64,000 bases of DNA from an uncultured Rivularia sp. GTDB taxonomy: Bacteria > Cyanobacteriota > Cyanobacteriia > Cyanobacteriales > Nostocaceae. Shown here one piece after another: positions 9,761 through 21,100 of this stretch. Within the stretch, counting starts at the first letter, position 1, and each line of letters starts with the position of its first letter. A program made the position numbers and the translations under genes. Where the stretch lies: positions 1,984,001-2,048,000 of the forward strand of contig OY762007.1 in the NCBI GenBank assembly GCA_963665115.1, in the 5' to 3' direction. The notes beneath the pieces were generated by a model. The model ran no database searches. It was not told where the DNA came from and was given only the letters and a program-made list of their open reading frames with translations.

Positions 9761-10666
9761 CTAACTACTTAACTTTTTAATCTGCTTGAGTGCCTCTTGA
9801 TAGTCTTTCTGATTTCCCTGCTGCTGATAAAGATTTGCTGCTTGTTTAAAATCTGTAATTGCTTGGAGTTTATTCCCCAGTTTTTCATGGACGAAACCTC
9901 GATTGTAGTAGGCTAAGGTGTTTTGGGAATCTATTTCGAGTATTCGGGTAAAATCGACAATTGCTTTTTGATAGTCTTTTAATTCGGTATAAACAAAACC
10001 TCGATTATTAAAAGCATTAGTATTTTGAGGATTAAGTATAATGGCTTGGTTAAAATCGGCTATAGCTTTTTGATTATCCTTTAATTCGTTGTGAGCATTG
10101 CCACGGTTGTTATAAGCTGTATCATATTTAGGATCTAGCTTAATAGCTTGGTCGTAATCGTTCATAGCCTTTTGATAATCATCTAAACTAAGATATACAA
10201 GACCCCGGTTGCTATAAGCTGTAGCCAATTTGGAATTGATTTTGATTGCTTCGTTGAAATCGGCGATCGCACTATTATAATCTTTGAGATAATAATACAC
10301 TAAACCTCTGTTGTTAAAGGCTCCTGCATATTTAGGATTGATTTTAATTGCTTTGCTGTAATCGGAAATTGCTTGTTTATAATTCTTTGATTTTCGATTT
10401 GCTAAGCCACGAGAATTGTAAGCTTCTGTAAAATTGGGATTAAGCTCTATCGCCTTGTTATAACTGTTAATTGCTCCTTTTAAGTCACCTTGTTGAACTT
10501 TATCTTCAGCTTGATTGAAGTAGTCTTTTGCTTTAGAAAGAGTTTGGCTATGGCTGGTTTTAGCTAATAAAGAGTTTTTTATGGCGAAATTTTGAGTTGT
10601 GCTACAGCTAATTGTAGAAATGGATAGCAGTAGTACCGCTATAAATAAGGACTTTTGGGATTTCAT
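9761..10666 (-). CDS. Tetratricopeptide-repeat protein, probably exported or a lipoprotein
   Basis: About 7 34-aa repeats (AYNNRG...AI.D...AI..NP); signal-like N-terminus with ISC. Confidence 0.9.
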   Translation of the reverse strand: MKSQKSLFIAVLLLSISTISCSTTQNFAIKNSLLAKTSHSQTLSKAKDYFNQAEDKVQQGDLKGAINSYNKAIELNPNFTEAYNSRGLANRKSKNYKQAISDYSKAIKINPKYAGAFNNRGLVYYYLKDYNSAIADFNEAIKINSKLATAYSNRGLVYLSLDDYQKAMNDYDQAIKLDPKYDTAYNNRGNAHNELKDNQKAIADFNQAIILNPQNTNAFNNRGFVYTELKDYQKAIVDFTRILEIDSQNTLAYYNRGFVHEKLGNKLQAITDFKQAANLYQQQGNQKDYQEALKQIKKLSS

Positions 10667-11300
10667 CTTATATTAATTTGTTGTCTTATTTCTGTTACTT
10701 TTTTAAATCTTTTGCATTACCTGAAAATATAAGTAAAATCGAGAATGCTGCGGGTGATGCAATGTTTTCATATTCGTACACCGCAAATAATTTTAGTCAA
10801 AAGCAAAGATAAAATTAGATTCTTTTTTATATCAGTGCCCTTATTCTATTTTACTGTTTATTTATACAATAATGAGGATATAATTACGTATTAATTTTAA
10901 ATTTTAAATATATTTTATCTGTTTAAAATGTTTTAATTGCGTTGTTTGCTGATAAAAACAGTCAAATCAAAGTATAAAAAACAACCTTTATGCTTTTAAG
11001 GTAGAAAAATACAGATTTTCGGCTTTACTTCCTTTTATCCTCCTATCTCGACTTTGTTGTTTCTGCAAACAAGCGAATTCGGAATATATCAGCAGATAGT
11101 AGTGGTATTTTCAAACAATTTGCAGTATCGTTCATTTCCAAACCTGCTTTTTTCAGGTTAATTTTTAATTTACTGGTTATTCTTTGACAAAGTTTTTGAA
11201 ATAGTAATTTGATCGGCGATTAAAAGTAGACAGCGAACAATAGATTGAAGTTAAAAAAGTTAAAATCACTTTTATTCTTAACTACAAACTCTTTAAAAAT

Positions 11301-12155
11301 ATGCAAAGCGTTGTCGTCACGGGCGTTTCCACAGGTATCGGTTGGGGTACGCTGAAAGTACTAACCAGTAAAGGAATTCACGTATTTGGTAGCGTTCGTA
11401 AATCCGAAGATGCACAACGTTTAACTGACGAATTTGGCGATCGCTTTACACCTTTAATATTCGACGTTACGAATGAACAATCTGTACGTGAAGCTGCGGC
11501 TAAAGTTAGCAATCAAATCAATGGAAATAACTTACTTGGTTTGATAAATAACGCCGGTATTGCAAAAGGTGGCCCTTTAATGCATCAACCGATTGCGGAA
11601 TTTAGCAAACAAATCGAAGTCAATTTAATTGGGCAGCTAATTGTTACTCAAGCTTTCTTGCCTTTATTGGGAACCAATTCCACTTTTAAAGGTAAACCGG
11701 GAAGAATTATTAATGTAAGTTCCGTTGGTGGCAAAATTGCATCGCCATTTTTAGGTGCTTATAGTGCATCAAAGTTTGCATTAGAAGGATTTTCTGAAGC
11801 GTTACGGCGCGAGCTTATACTCTACGGAATAGATGTAATTATAATCGGACCAGGTTCGGTAGTCACACCAATTTGGGACAAAGCCGAACAAATGGATGTT
11901 TCTGCATACGAAAATACCGAATTTGCAGCTTCAAGTAAGAAGTTTTTAGACTATGCCTTAGAAAAAGGACGTTCGGGTTATTCAGCAGAAGCAGTAGGAA
12001 ATTTGATTTTGAAAGCTTTGACAGTTGCAAAACCTAAAGTACGCTATCCCATTGTGCCAAACCATTTATTTGATTGGGCGATCGCCAGATTACTTCCCAA
12101 AAGAGTCCTTGATAATATCCTTGCAAAGGAATTTGGGTTGAACAGTAAACAGTGA
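11301..12155 (+). CDS. SDR family oxidoreductase
   Basis: TGVSTGIG, NNAG, YSASK. Confidence 0.95.
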   Translation: MQSVVVTGVSTGIGWGTLKVLTSKGIHVFGSVRKSEDAQRLTDEFGDRFTPLIFDVTNEQSVREAAAKVSNQINGNNLLGLINNAGIAKGGPLMHQPIAEFSKQIEVNLIGQLIVTQAFLPLLGTNSTFKGKPGRIINVSSVGGKIASPFLGAYSASKFALEGFSEALRRELILYGIDVIIIGPGSVVTPIWDKAEQMDVSAYENTEFAASSKKFLDYALEKGRSGYSAEAVGNLILKALTVAKPKVRYPIVPNHLFDWAIARLLPKRVLDNILAKEFGLNSKQ

Positions 12156-12244
12156 ACAGTCTGTTTTTCATCAACTTTTTATAAAAAGAAAAGCAATTTA
12201 CCGAGATATCGGGCAATATACTTAAGGCATATTTTTTAAATACA

Positions 12245-12430
12245 ATGATATTCTTTCAAGTAATAATGCCCGTGATTATTGGAACATCAATAGTTTCGCT
12301 GCAACCTTTCTCAGCAAAAGCTTTATGCTCCGTAGAAGTAGGAAAAATTGCTGAAGGTATTACTCTTTCAAACCCTATTAATTGATTACAAAGATAATTC
12401 TGGAAACGGTTGGGGGTAGTTATAAAAATT
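12245..12430 (+). pseudogene. Degenerate N-terminal fragment of a secreted trypsin-like protease family gene
   Basis: MIFFQVIMPVIIGTSIVSLQPFSAKALCSVEVGKIAEGIT, then out of frame IDYKDNSGNG; resembles N-termini of cyanobacterial serine protease/TPR proteins. Confidence 0.4.
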
Positions 12431-12447
12431 AGGTCAATTTAGTATGG

Positions 12448-12796
12448 TTAGCGACGGTAAGTACGGTAACGGCATACAGTTTTGTAACGACTACGGTAGC
12501 AGGTACGACGACGATAAACGCGAACCGGACGACGGTAAACCCGACGACGGTGGACCCCGACGAACGCGACGACGACTATGAGGGCGACGACGATAGCGAA
12601 CGCGACGACGAACGCGACGACGACGAACGCGGCGATAACGATCTGCTATTAACTCTTCTTTGAGTATTTCCGCTTGGATTTCTGCTACAGATTCTTGAGC
12701 AGTTTTTAACAATGCTGCACTAGCAGGAGGTGCCACTGGTAATATAGCTGAAGCTGCAACCAATGCTAAAGCTGCAAGTTTAATCTGTTTAAACAT
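12448..12796 (-). CDS. Secreted extremely Arg-rich (protamine-like) small protein; one extra base at 12555-12558
   Basis: Signal peptide ending ASA, acidic spacer, then RYRRVRRRR...; removing one G continues VHRRRVYRRPVRVYRRRTCYRSRYKTVCRYRTYRR* to TAA at 12448. Confidence 0.75.
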
Positions 12797-13003
12797 CAGA
12801 TATTAAACCTTTATTTATCGATATAGTTATCTAGAATGATACACAAGTATTTTTACGGGTTTTCGGTAAGTTTTTGATTTGTGAGCTTTATTTGCAAAAC
12901 TTATTTAAAAGGATGCGCCAGAAAAGTCTAATTTCAAACTCTACCTGCCATTGCCGTACTGTCGGCAGTAGCACTCTTTATTGGCTACGAGAGTGATTAT
13001 TAT

Positions 13004-13301
13004 AGAAACGAGTCGAGGCTCAAAACTCCCATCTTTGAAGTGGGAGATGTAGAGCGAGGCAGGGCATTCATGCCCCAACATGGTACTATTTAATTGTCAG
13101 TATAAGACGTTAAAACCTACCGGGGGACTCTCGGAAAGTATACGCCCAAATCTCGAACCGACGAGTTGTAAGGAAACATCACTCCGCCCATTGTTGGCAA
13201 ACGGTGTGAGCCTGGGAACCCGACAGCCATGTGAGGATATTTCAAGCGAAAGCTGTCTAGGCTTGAAAGAATCTCCCATCTTCCAGGTGGGAGAGTGTCA
13301 A
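13004..13301 (+). mobile_element. Non-autonomous IS200/IS605 derivative (PATE-like) with no protein gene
   Basis: Follows TTAT (13000-13003); AAAA guide plus hairpin CTCCCATC-TTTGAA-GTGGGAG at left; GAAT plus CTCCCATC-TTCCAG-GTGGGAG and terminal TCAA at right. Confidence 0.85.
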
Positions 13302-13320
13302 CGACTTAGGATAATTTATT
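13095..13320 (+). ncRNA. Putative TnpB omegaRNA (reRNA) scaffold plus flanking guide
   Basis: Extended -10 TGGTACTAT at 13081-13089; GC-rich tnpB-3'-end-like sequence (ACCGGGGGACTCTCGGAAAG...) running into the right-end hairpin and TCAA. Confidence 0.5.
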
Positions 13321-13464
13321 TTCTGGAAGTCCCTAAATTTGACGGGTTTTATATTTCGTAGTGCGTTAGCGTTCAGGTGGAGCGTGCGGCGAGCGCATAT
13401 CCGTTCACCGTAAGGTATTCCCGTAGGGTAGGACATACATCTTGCTCGCTCGTAGATAAATCAT

Positions 13465-13729
13465 CCCATCAAAACGGCTGGAAATGGAGTACTAGTAGTC
13501 CTTTTCCAGCCGTTTTGATGGGTTGTAGAGACGTAGCAGTGCTACGTCTCCCGACGTTAGGTCGAAAACGAACCCTTCATAATTTATGCAATCGACCACT
13601 AGTAGTCCTTTTCATTTGTTCTGACGGGTAAAGATGGGGAGGGGGAAGAGGGGGAAGAGAGGGTAGAGGGGGTAGAATAATCTTTTATTTTTTCTATACA
13701 CCCATCAGAATTTATGCAAAGGACTACTA
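13465..13729. mobile_element. Tandem MITEs sharing TIRs with the adjacent IS630
   Basis: CTAG junctions at 13492, 13599 and 13727; each unit begins TAGTAGTCCTTTTC...GA(T/C)GGGT and ends CCC(A/T)TCA...ACTA. Confidence 0.85.
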
Positions 13730-14986
13730 GTAGTCCTTTTCATTTGTTCCGATGGGTTTTTATTCTATACTACTTATAGCAGCGATGTGAACTTTTAACT
13801 TCACGAGCAGATTGCGATCGCCAGTCAGATGGGTGTACTTACTATGAAGCATAAAATTGATCTTACAGCAGAACAAAAGCAACAACTACTTGATATTGTA
13901 AAAAAAGGTTCAAGTAATGCTAGAGAAATTCGTAGAGCGCATACGCTATTAATGGCTTATGAGGGTAGGACAGATAAAAGAATATCTAAAACTCTACATA
14001 TATCAATCCCAACTATTGAAAGAACTCGTAAACAATTCTGCACCGAAGGTTTAGAAATCACGCTTAAAGAACGTCCACGTAGTGGCAAACCACCTAAGTT
14101 AACTTCTACAGCAGAGGCATATTTAATTGCGACCACTTGCAGTAATCCACCAAGCGGTTATGCCCGTTGGACTTTAAAAATGTTAGCAGACAAACTTGTA
14201 AACTTAGAAGTAGTTGATAGAGTGAGTGAAACTACAGTTTTTCGTACTTTAAAAAAAACGAATTAAAACCTTGGCTAAAACAACAATGGTGTATCCCTAA
14301 AGTTAGTTCAGAATTTGTCTCAAAAATGGAAGATGTACTTGATCTATACGCTCAACCATTAGACCCCAATCCGTCCATTAGTATGTTTCGATGAAAAACT
14401 ATGCCCATTAATAGAGGATGTTTATGACTCTATCCCACCTGCGCCTAAAATCGATAAGAAACCAGGTAAAAAAGAAAAAATTGATTATGAATACGAGCGT
14501 AATGGAACTTGTAATTTGTTCGCATTTTTTGCTCCATATTTAGGATGGAGACACATCAAAGTTACTAGTAGAAGAACCAAAATCGACTTTGCGTACTGCA
14601 TGAAAGAACTAGTTGATATTCATTTCACTGATGCCGAAGTGATTCGATTAGTCATGGATAATTTGAACACTCATACAATCGCTTCTTTATATGAAGTATT
14701 TACCCCCGAAGAAGCCAGAAGAATCACAAAAAAATTAGAGATTCACCATACACCCAAACATGGCAGTTGGTTAAATATGGTTGAATCTGAGCTATCTGTA
14801 CTTGCGCGGCAATGCTTAAATCGACGAATTCCGAATGTCGAAACTTTAGAAAAAGAAGTTTCCATTTGGGAGGGCGATCGCAATGCAAACTCGGTTTGTG
14901 TAGATTGGCGTTTTCGTACAGAAGACGCTAGAAATAAGCTTTATAAAATTTATCCAACCCATCAAAACTAATGAAATGAACTACTA
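13728..14986 (+). mobile_element. IS630-family insertion sequence
   Basis: TIRs TAGTAGTCCTTTTCATTTGTTCCGATGGGTT / AACCCATCAAAACTAATGAAATGAACTACTA; TA ends within CTAG. Confidence 0.92.
13844..14971 (+). CDS. IS630 transposase (HTH ORF plus DDE ORF; A8 slippage site 14251-14258; extra C at 14364-14367)
   Basis: RPRSGKPP, RWTLKMLA, LKK/NELKPW, VCFDE, YEYERNG, LVMDNLNTH, TPKHGSWLNMVESE. Confidence 0.92.
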
Positions 14987-15089
14987 GTAGTCCTTTTCCA
15001 GCCGTTTTGATGGGTTCGTTTTTCCCATAACCTTCGGGAGACGTTATGTATAACGTCTCTACAACCTGTCAAAACGGCTGGAAAAGGAT
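14985..15089. mobile_element. MITE of the same TIR family; inverted relative of unit 13493-13601
   Basis: TAGTAGTCCTTTTCCAGCCGTTTTGATGGGTT ... AACCTGTCAAAACGGCTGGAAAAGGA; internal GAGACGTTAT-GT-ATAACGTCTCTAC palindrome. Confidence 0.85.
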
Positions 15090-15266
15090 TTTGGCTATTA
15101 GATTGGGGTTTTCAACCCCAGGCGGGTGTGCGATAAAACCTATTATATTTAGTAGGACAGACTATTAGATACAGAGAACGTAGAGTAAAATTTCACATTG
15201 TTATTAGCAGCGATCGCCATTTCCATTCAAAGCGACTTACTTAACTCACTGATAACTGATAACTGC

Positions 15267-17601
15267 TCAACAAGCTGTTTCCAAAATAGGTGAAGAAGAA
15301 GAATAATTAATTAAGCTAGGTTTGCCGAAGTGATAACCTTGTGCGTAGTCAATATTCAATTCTTTTAAAATATCAACGATATCTTGATTTTCAGCAAATT
15401 CTGCTATTGTCTTAACTCCAAGAGCTTTTGCTAAATAATGTATGGCCTGTACCATTGCTTTCGTAACAGTTTCGGTATGAATTTCTTTGATAAAAGAACC
15501 GTCTATTTTTAAATAGTCTACGGGAAGATTTTTTAAATAAGTTAGCGATGACATTCCTTTACCGAAATCATCTAAAGCGAAAGAACATCCCAAAGCTTTG
15601 AGAGTCTTTATAAATTTTGATGCTTGAGATAAATTATTAATCGCGATAGTTTCTGTAATTTCAAAACAGAACAGTTGTGGAGGGAGCTTAGAGTGTTGAA
15701 ACTTTTGATACAAATATCTAAAAAACTCATTGTCATTAAGAGATGCACCGGAAATGTTTACAGAAAAGCATACATTATCCCAACTTGTAAAGTTAGCATT
15801 AGTTAAATAATAAAATAAGTTATCAATTACCCATAAATCAATTCTAGGCATCATAGAATACAGATTAGCTATCTCTAAAAATTGTTCCGGCATAAGGATT
15901 TTACCGTTCTCATCTAATAGTCGAAGCAGAACTTCATAATGTATTTTGTTATTATCCTTGCCTAAAGGAACGATTGGCTGAGCGTACAAACGGAATTGAT
16001 TTTTTTCTAAAGCCTGACGTAATTTCTTTACCCATAATAGCTGAGAATCCTTTCTCGATTTTTCTCTAGCTATATCGTGCATATATACCTGTTCTCTGTT
16101 ACGTCCTTGTGCTTTTGCTAAGTATAAGGCATGGTCGGCTGCTTCTAATAATAAAATAGGATTGTCTTCGTTATTTGGAATAGAACCAGCAATTCCCATA
16201 CTGACGGTAACAGATGAAGATACAGAGGAACTACTATGAGGAATATTTAGTTCTTTTATTTTATTTCTAATTGCTTCTGCTACTTTCAAAGCACCTCTTG
16301 CTGGAGTATAAGGTAAAATAATCGCAAATTCTTCACCTCCATATCTAGCAACGCAGTCAGCCGGACGCTTTGCCATATCAGAAATAGCATCGGCGATTGT
16401 TCGCAAACATTTGTCTCCTGCTTGATGTCCGTATGTATCGTTGTAAGATTTGAAGCAGTCAACATCACACATAATTATAGATAACGGTGAAGGAATGCGC
16501 CGTAAACGATTCCATTCTTGAGTCAGTTTTTCATCGAAGAAACGACGATTAAAGACTTTAGTTAAAGGGGTCGCATAAAGCAAGTTGTTTTAGTTCTGTG
16601 TTGGCCGTACTCAGCTGATGATATAACCTTCCTTGTTGAATTCCAATTGCTAATTGATTTACTAACCTTTTTATAAATTGGATTTCTTCAGATTTCCATT
16701 TTCTGGTTGTATTGCATTGATGTACCGTAAGAAATCCCCACAAAAAGCTTGTTCTATCTGTTTGAGCCTCGTAATTTTTATTACTTTTGAAAAGAATTGG
16801 TATTATTAAGGCTGCTTTCACTTCAAAGTGCTGCAAATTATTTAGAAAAATAGTTTCCAAATTTGACTCTTCAATATCATCTATTGCTTTAATTTCACCT
16901 TTAATAAATTGGGCTTCATCTTTATCTTCAAGAAAACACTTATGAACAATGCTCTCTTGAGGTATTTCTGATATTCCAGGCTTTGTAACTTGCTCTTCAA
17001 TAGAACTAACTAAATTGTCTAAGCGACTGATAATAACACGGTCGCACTCCAAAAACTGTAAAATTTCTTTAGCAGCAGTTTTTATAATGAAATCAACGTC
17101 TAAAGAATCACGAATCCGTTCGGAAAGTTGAACTAATAGTTTTTCTTGCCGTGCTTGTTTTTGTAAAGTAGTGTTTTGTATGACTAAATTATGACGGCAT
17201 TTTTCTAGACTAATGTGAGTCTGAATGCGAGCAATTAATTCTTGTTTTTGAATCGGCTTAGTTACATAGTCTACAGCACCTAATTCAAATCCACGTATTT
17301 TATTGATACTATCCGACAAACCAGTCATAAATATTACAGGAATGTCTTTAGTTTTGTGATTATTTTTCAAACGACGACAAGTTTCAAACCCGTCTATCCC
17401 AGACATCAAAATATCTAGCAAAATCAAATCTGGCTTACTATATTCTGCACTTTTAAGAGCATTATTACCTGTTTGAGCCACTAGTACTTTAAATCCAGCC
17501 GAGCGTAAATGGCTAAATAAAACGTTTAAATTATTGGGAGTATCGTCAACAACTAATACTATTCCCTTATATTTATCAACAATCTCTTTTTTAGCAAACA
17601 T
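15267..17601 (-). CDS. Response regulator with REC-GAF-GGDEF-EAL domains (frameshift at 16567-16570)
   Basis: VVDD/DLILLDILM/DYVTKP; GAF LWGFLTVHQC...RKW; junction LALCD-PLTKVFNRR; RYGGEEF; EVLLRL, LDDFGKG, KIDGSF, AQGYHF. Confidence 0.92.
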
Positions 17602-18127
17602 AATACTTTTGGTAGATATACATTATCTAGTTGGCAAAATATTATAAAGATAATATTAAACATTTTTAAAAATAGTATAAAATTAAAATATGTAGTAAAA
17701 ATATACAGCTAATAAAATATTTATTCAATTTAATTAAGCCAACCTTTTAGCTATATTGATTTGAATTATTTATTAAATGAAAGATATTTAAAATAAGCAA
17801 GCGAAAATTAGCTATAGAGCTTCTTCTTTTATTACACTTGCATTGATGTTACTCACGCGCATTATATATGCAGTAGAAAAAAGACTGTAATGAGGTTATC
17901 GTTTCAATAAAAATAATTTTTATGGATAAAAGATAAATCAATTACAATCTATTTATATGCGTTGTACTTGAGCAAGAAGTGTTATACACAATCTTATTCA
18001 AAATACCTAATATATACGTAACTACAATCTCGGCATACTTTTAATCTAAGCTATATTACATTTAAATATTCACAGTAATTTTACAGTTATTCAATAGTGA
18101 AAATACTGAATTACACCCAAAAAGCAT

Positions 18128-21100
18128 CTATTCAAGAAAATTTTCCAGAAATTTTAACAATTTATGTTGTTGAAAACTTTGAGCAAGTTCGCAAACTTTT
18201 TTAATGAATAGAAGGTACTTGGTATCTAATTCTTCAAGATGCTCTGCTTGCTCAATAATCGCTTCTATATCCCCCATTTGAGTTAGATGTATAAATTGTG
18301 TTAATTGCTCGTCCGATGGAGCTACTATAGATTCCGACGTATTAGTATCTTGGTAAGTAGCGATTTCTTTAGATTTGTTATCTTCAGATAATGCTAATTT
18401 AGAAGGCTGCGGATAAATCCATTCTATTTCTACAAATTGGGCTATGGATTTTATTAGTAGCTTTAAGTCTATAGGTTTTGATAAGAAAGCATTACATCCG
18501 ATGCGATAGCTGGAAAGTTGTGCATCAAACATTGCATTAGCAGAAACGGCGATAATTGGCAAATCTTTAAATTGAGGATTATCCCTTAAGGCTTTGGTTG
18601 CTTCAAAACCATCCATAACTGGCATGACTAAATCCATTAATACCAGATCGGGCTTAAAACTTTCAACTTTTTCCAATCCTTGCCTACCATTGATAGCTTC
18701 ATCAATTTCAAAACCCAATTGTTCTAAATAACTAACAACTACAGCGCGGTTAACTTTATTATCATCTATAACTAATACTTTCGGATGTTTACCTTTGATA
18801 CCTATAGGCTGTATTTCTAAATTAGTATCTGTATGGATTTGAGCATTTTCTATTTCTAAAACACAAATGTCAAAATAAAAGGCACTTCCTTTTCCTGGGG
18901 TACTGTCTACAATAATTTCTCCCCCCATGAGATTGACGATTTTTTGGCTAATAGTCAAACCCAATCCACTTCCTTCATTAATAGAATCATCTTGTATTAA
19001 TTGATGAAACGGTAAAAATATTGCCTGCGTTTTTTCTGGAGATATACCAATTCCTGTATCTTCTATTTTAAAACGAATCAAACAGCCTTTATTCTTTTCA
19101 GTAGCTTCTTCGCAATCTCCTAGCTTACTGACATAAAAATTAACGCTACCTTTGTCAGTAAACTTAACAGCATTACCTAATAAATTGAGCAAAACTTGTC
19201 TCAAACGGGTTTCATCACCTCTAATTACGGCAGGCAAAGGTGATAAAGCTTCATATTTGAAACTAATATTTTTTTGTTGAGCGCGGACATTAATTATAGA
19301 ATTTATCTTTTCTATAAACAGTGGAAACGGTATATCTTTGAGTTCTAGTTCTAACTGATTAGCTTCAATCTTTGACAAATTCAATATATCGTTGAGCAAT
19401 GTGAGTAAATGCTCGCCGGATTGATGAATAGTATCTATTTTTTTACGCTGCTCTTTGGTAAGAGTATCATCTCCTTGAAGAATTTGAGCAAAGCCTAAAA
19501 TCCCATTTAAAGGTGTTCTTAATTCGTGGCTCATATGAGCAATAAAAGAACTTTTTGCTTGATTGGTGCTTTCTGCTGCTTCTTTAGCGCGAGATAATTG
19601 TATGGTACTTTTTTCTAATTGATAATTGGTTCGATAAAGCTGTTCTTTAGCATTTTTAATTTCGGTAATATCAATGCACGAGCCAATATAGCCAATGACT
19701 TCACCTTGAGAATTAAAGCGAGGAACTTGTCTTCCCAGCATCCAAGAATATTGAGCATCAACTCCCCGGATGCGGAATTGGATTTCAGTTGGTTGAGTTT
19801 TATCGCTCACATTGCATAGAGTTTCGTAACATAAATCTCGATCTTCGGGGTGAATACTTTCGAGCCAACCATCACCAAGTTGCTGCTCTAAACTATTTCC
19901 AGTACACTCCAACCATGCTTTGTTGAAAAATACCGCTTTACCATACGCTTCACTCATCCAAATAAGTACGGGAGCGCTGTCAGCCATAGTTTTAAACCGA
20001 GCTTCACTTTCACGTAACGCAGCTTCGGCTTTTTTGCGCTCGGTAATGTCAATAATCACCTCTAAAGTACGTATTACAATCTCGTTTTCATCTTTATCAG
20101 CGATCGCACTCAGCAAAGTGTCAATTACTTCGCCATTTTTGCATACAAATTGATAAGGAATATCCCAACAGCTACCATTACGGAAAAATTCGGGTAAAAT
20201 ATCTTGCGCGTAACTATGAGATTCTGAAGTGAGAAATTGAATGAATTTTTTACCAATAACTTCTTGACGAGAGTAACCAAGTTTTTGCAGCCAATAGTTA
20301 CTTACATCGAGAATGTTACCATCCTTATCCATAGAATGAAGCATCACCGGCGTTCTTAAATACAAACTGCGAAATCTTTCTTCACTCGATCGTAAATCGG
20401 CTTCAGCCTGTTTGCGATAACTAATATCTCTTATTAATTTCAAAAAGCCAAAAACGTTACCCTGACTATCTTTAACAGTGGTTTTTAAAGTTTCGCTGAC
20501 AAAAATTTCTCCATTACGACGACGGAAGTTAATTTCATAAGGCTTGATTTCACAGGATTCAATATGGATATCGCAATGTGCATCGCTTAATTCCAAGTTG
20601 TATTTGTGAAAATCTTCTAAATCTGCATATAATCTTTCTGCACTTTTTCCAATTAAAGCTTGAGGTTGATAACCAAATAAATTAGAAAATCCGGGATTAA
20701 GCATTCTTATCCCACGAGTCGTATCGGTAAAGATAACAGCATCGGGTAAAGAATAAAAAATTGCTTCAAATTCTGCTTGTTTTTGATTTAATTTTGTATT
20801 TGAATCTTGTAGTGCATCAAAAGTTTCTTGCAATTGATTTTGAGCCGTTTTAATTTCATTAATATCAATAAAGCTAAGTACTACACCATCGATACTGCCG
20901 TTATCCTTAATATAAGGATTAATCCGCATCAATAAATATTTATCAGAACGAGCAACTTTGACTTCTAAATCTAATGACTTTTCACTTTGAGCAGCTGACT
21001 GAATAATTTCAATAAAATTGTCGCAATCGAGATTATGACTGAGATGTTTTAAAGGGCGGTTGATATCTGTTTCTATCAGATTTATTGCAACAATTGTGGC

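Noticed and set aside
13080..13631. ORFs 13080..13361, 13097..13279 and 13377..13631
   Set aside because: They run through IS ends, MITEs and palindromes and show no protein motifs.
13465..15089. CRISPR array or integron-like cassette array
   Set aside because: The repeats are inverted terminal repeats matching the IS630 ends, unit lengths are irregular, and no cas or integrase genes are present.
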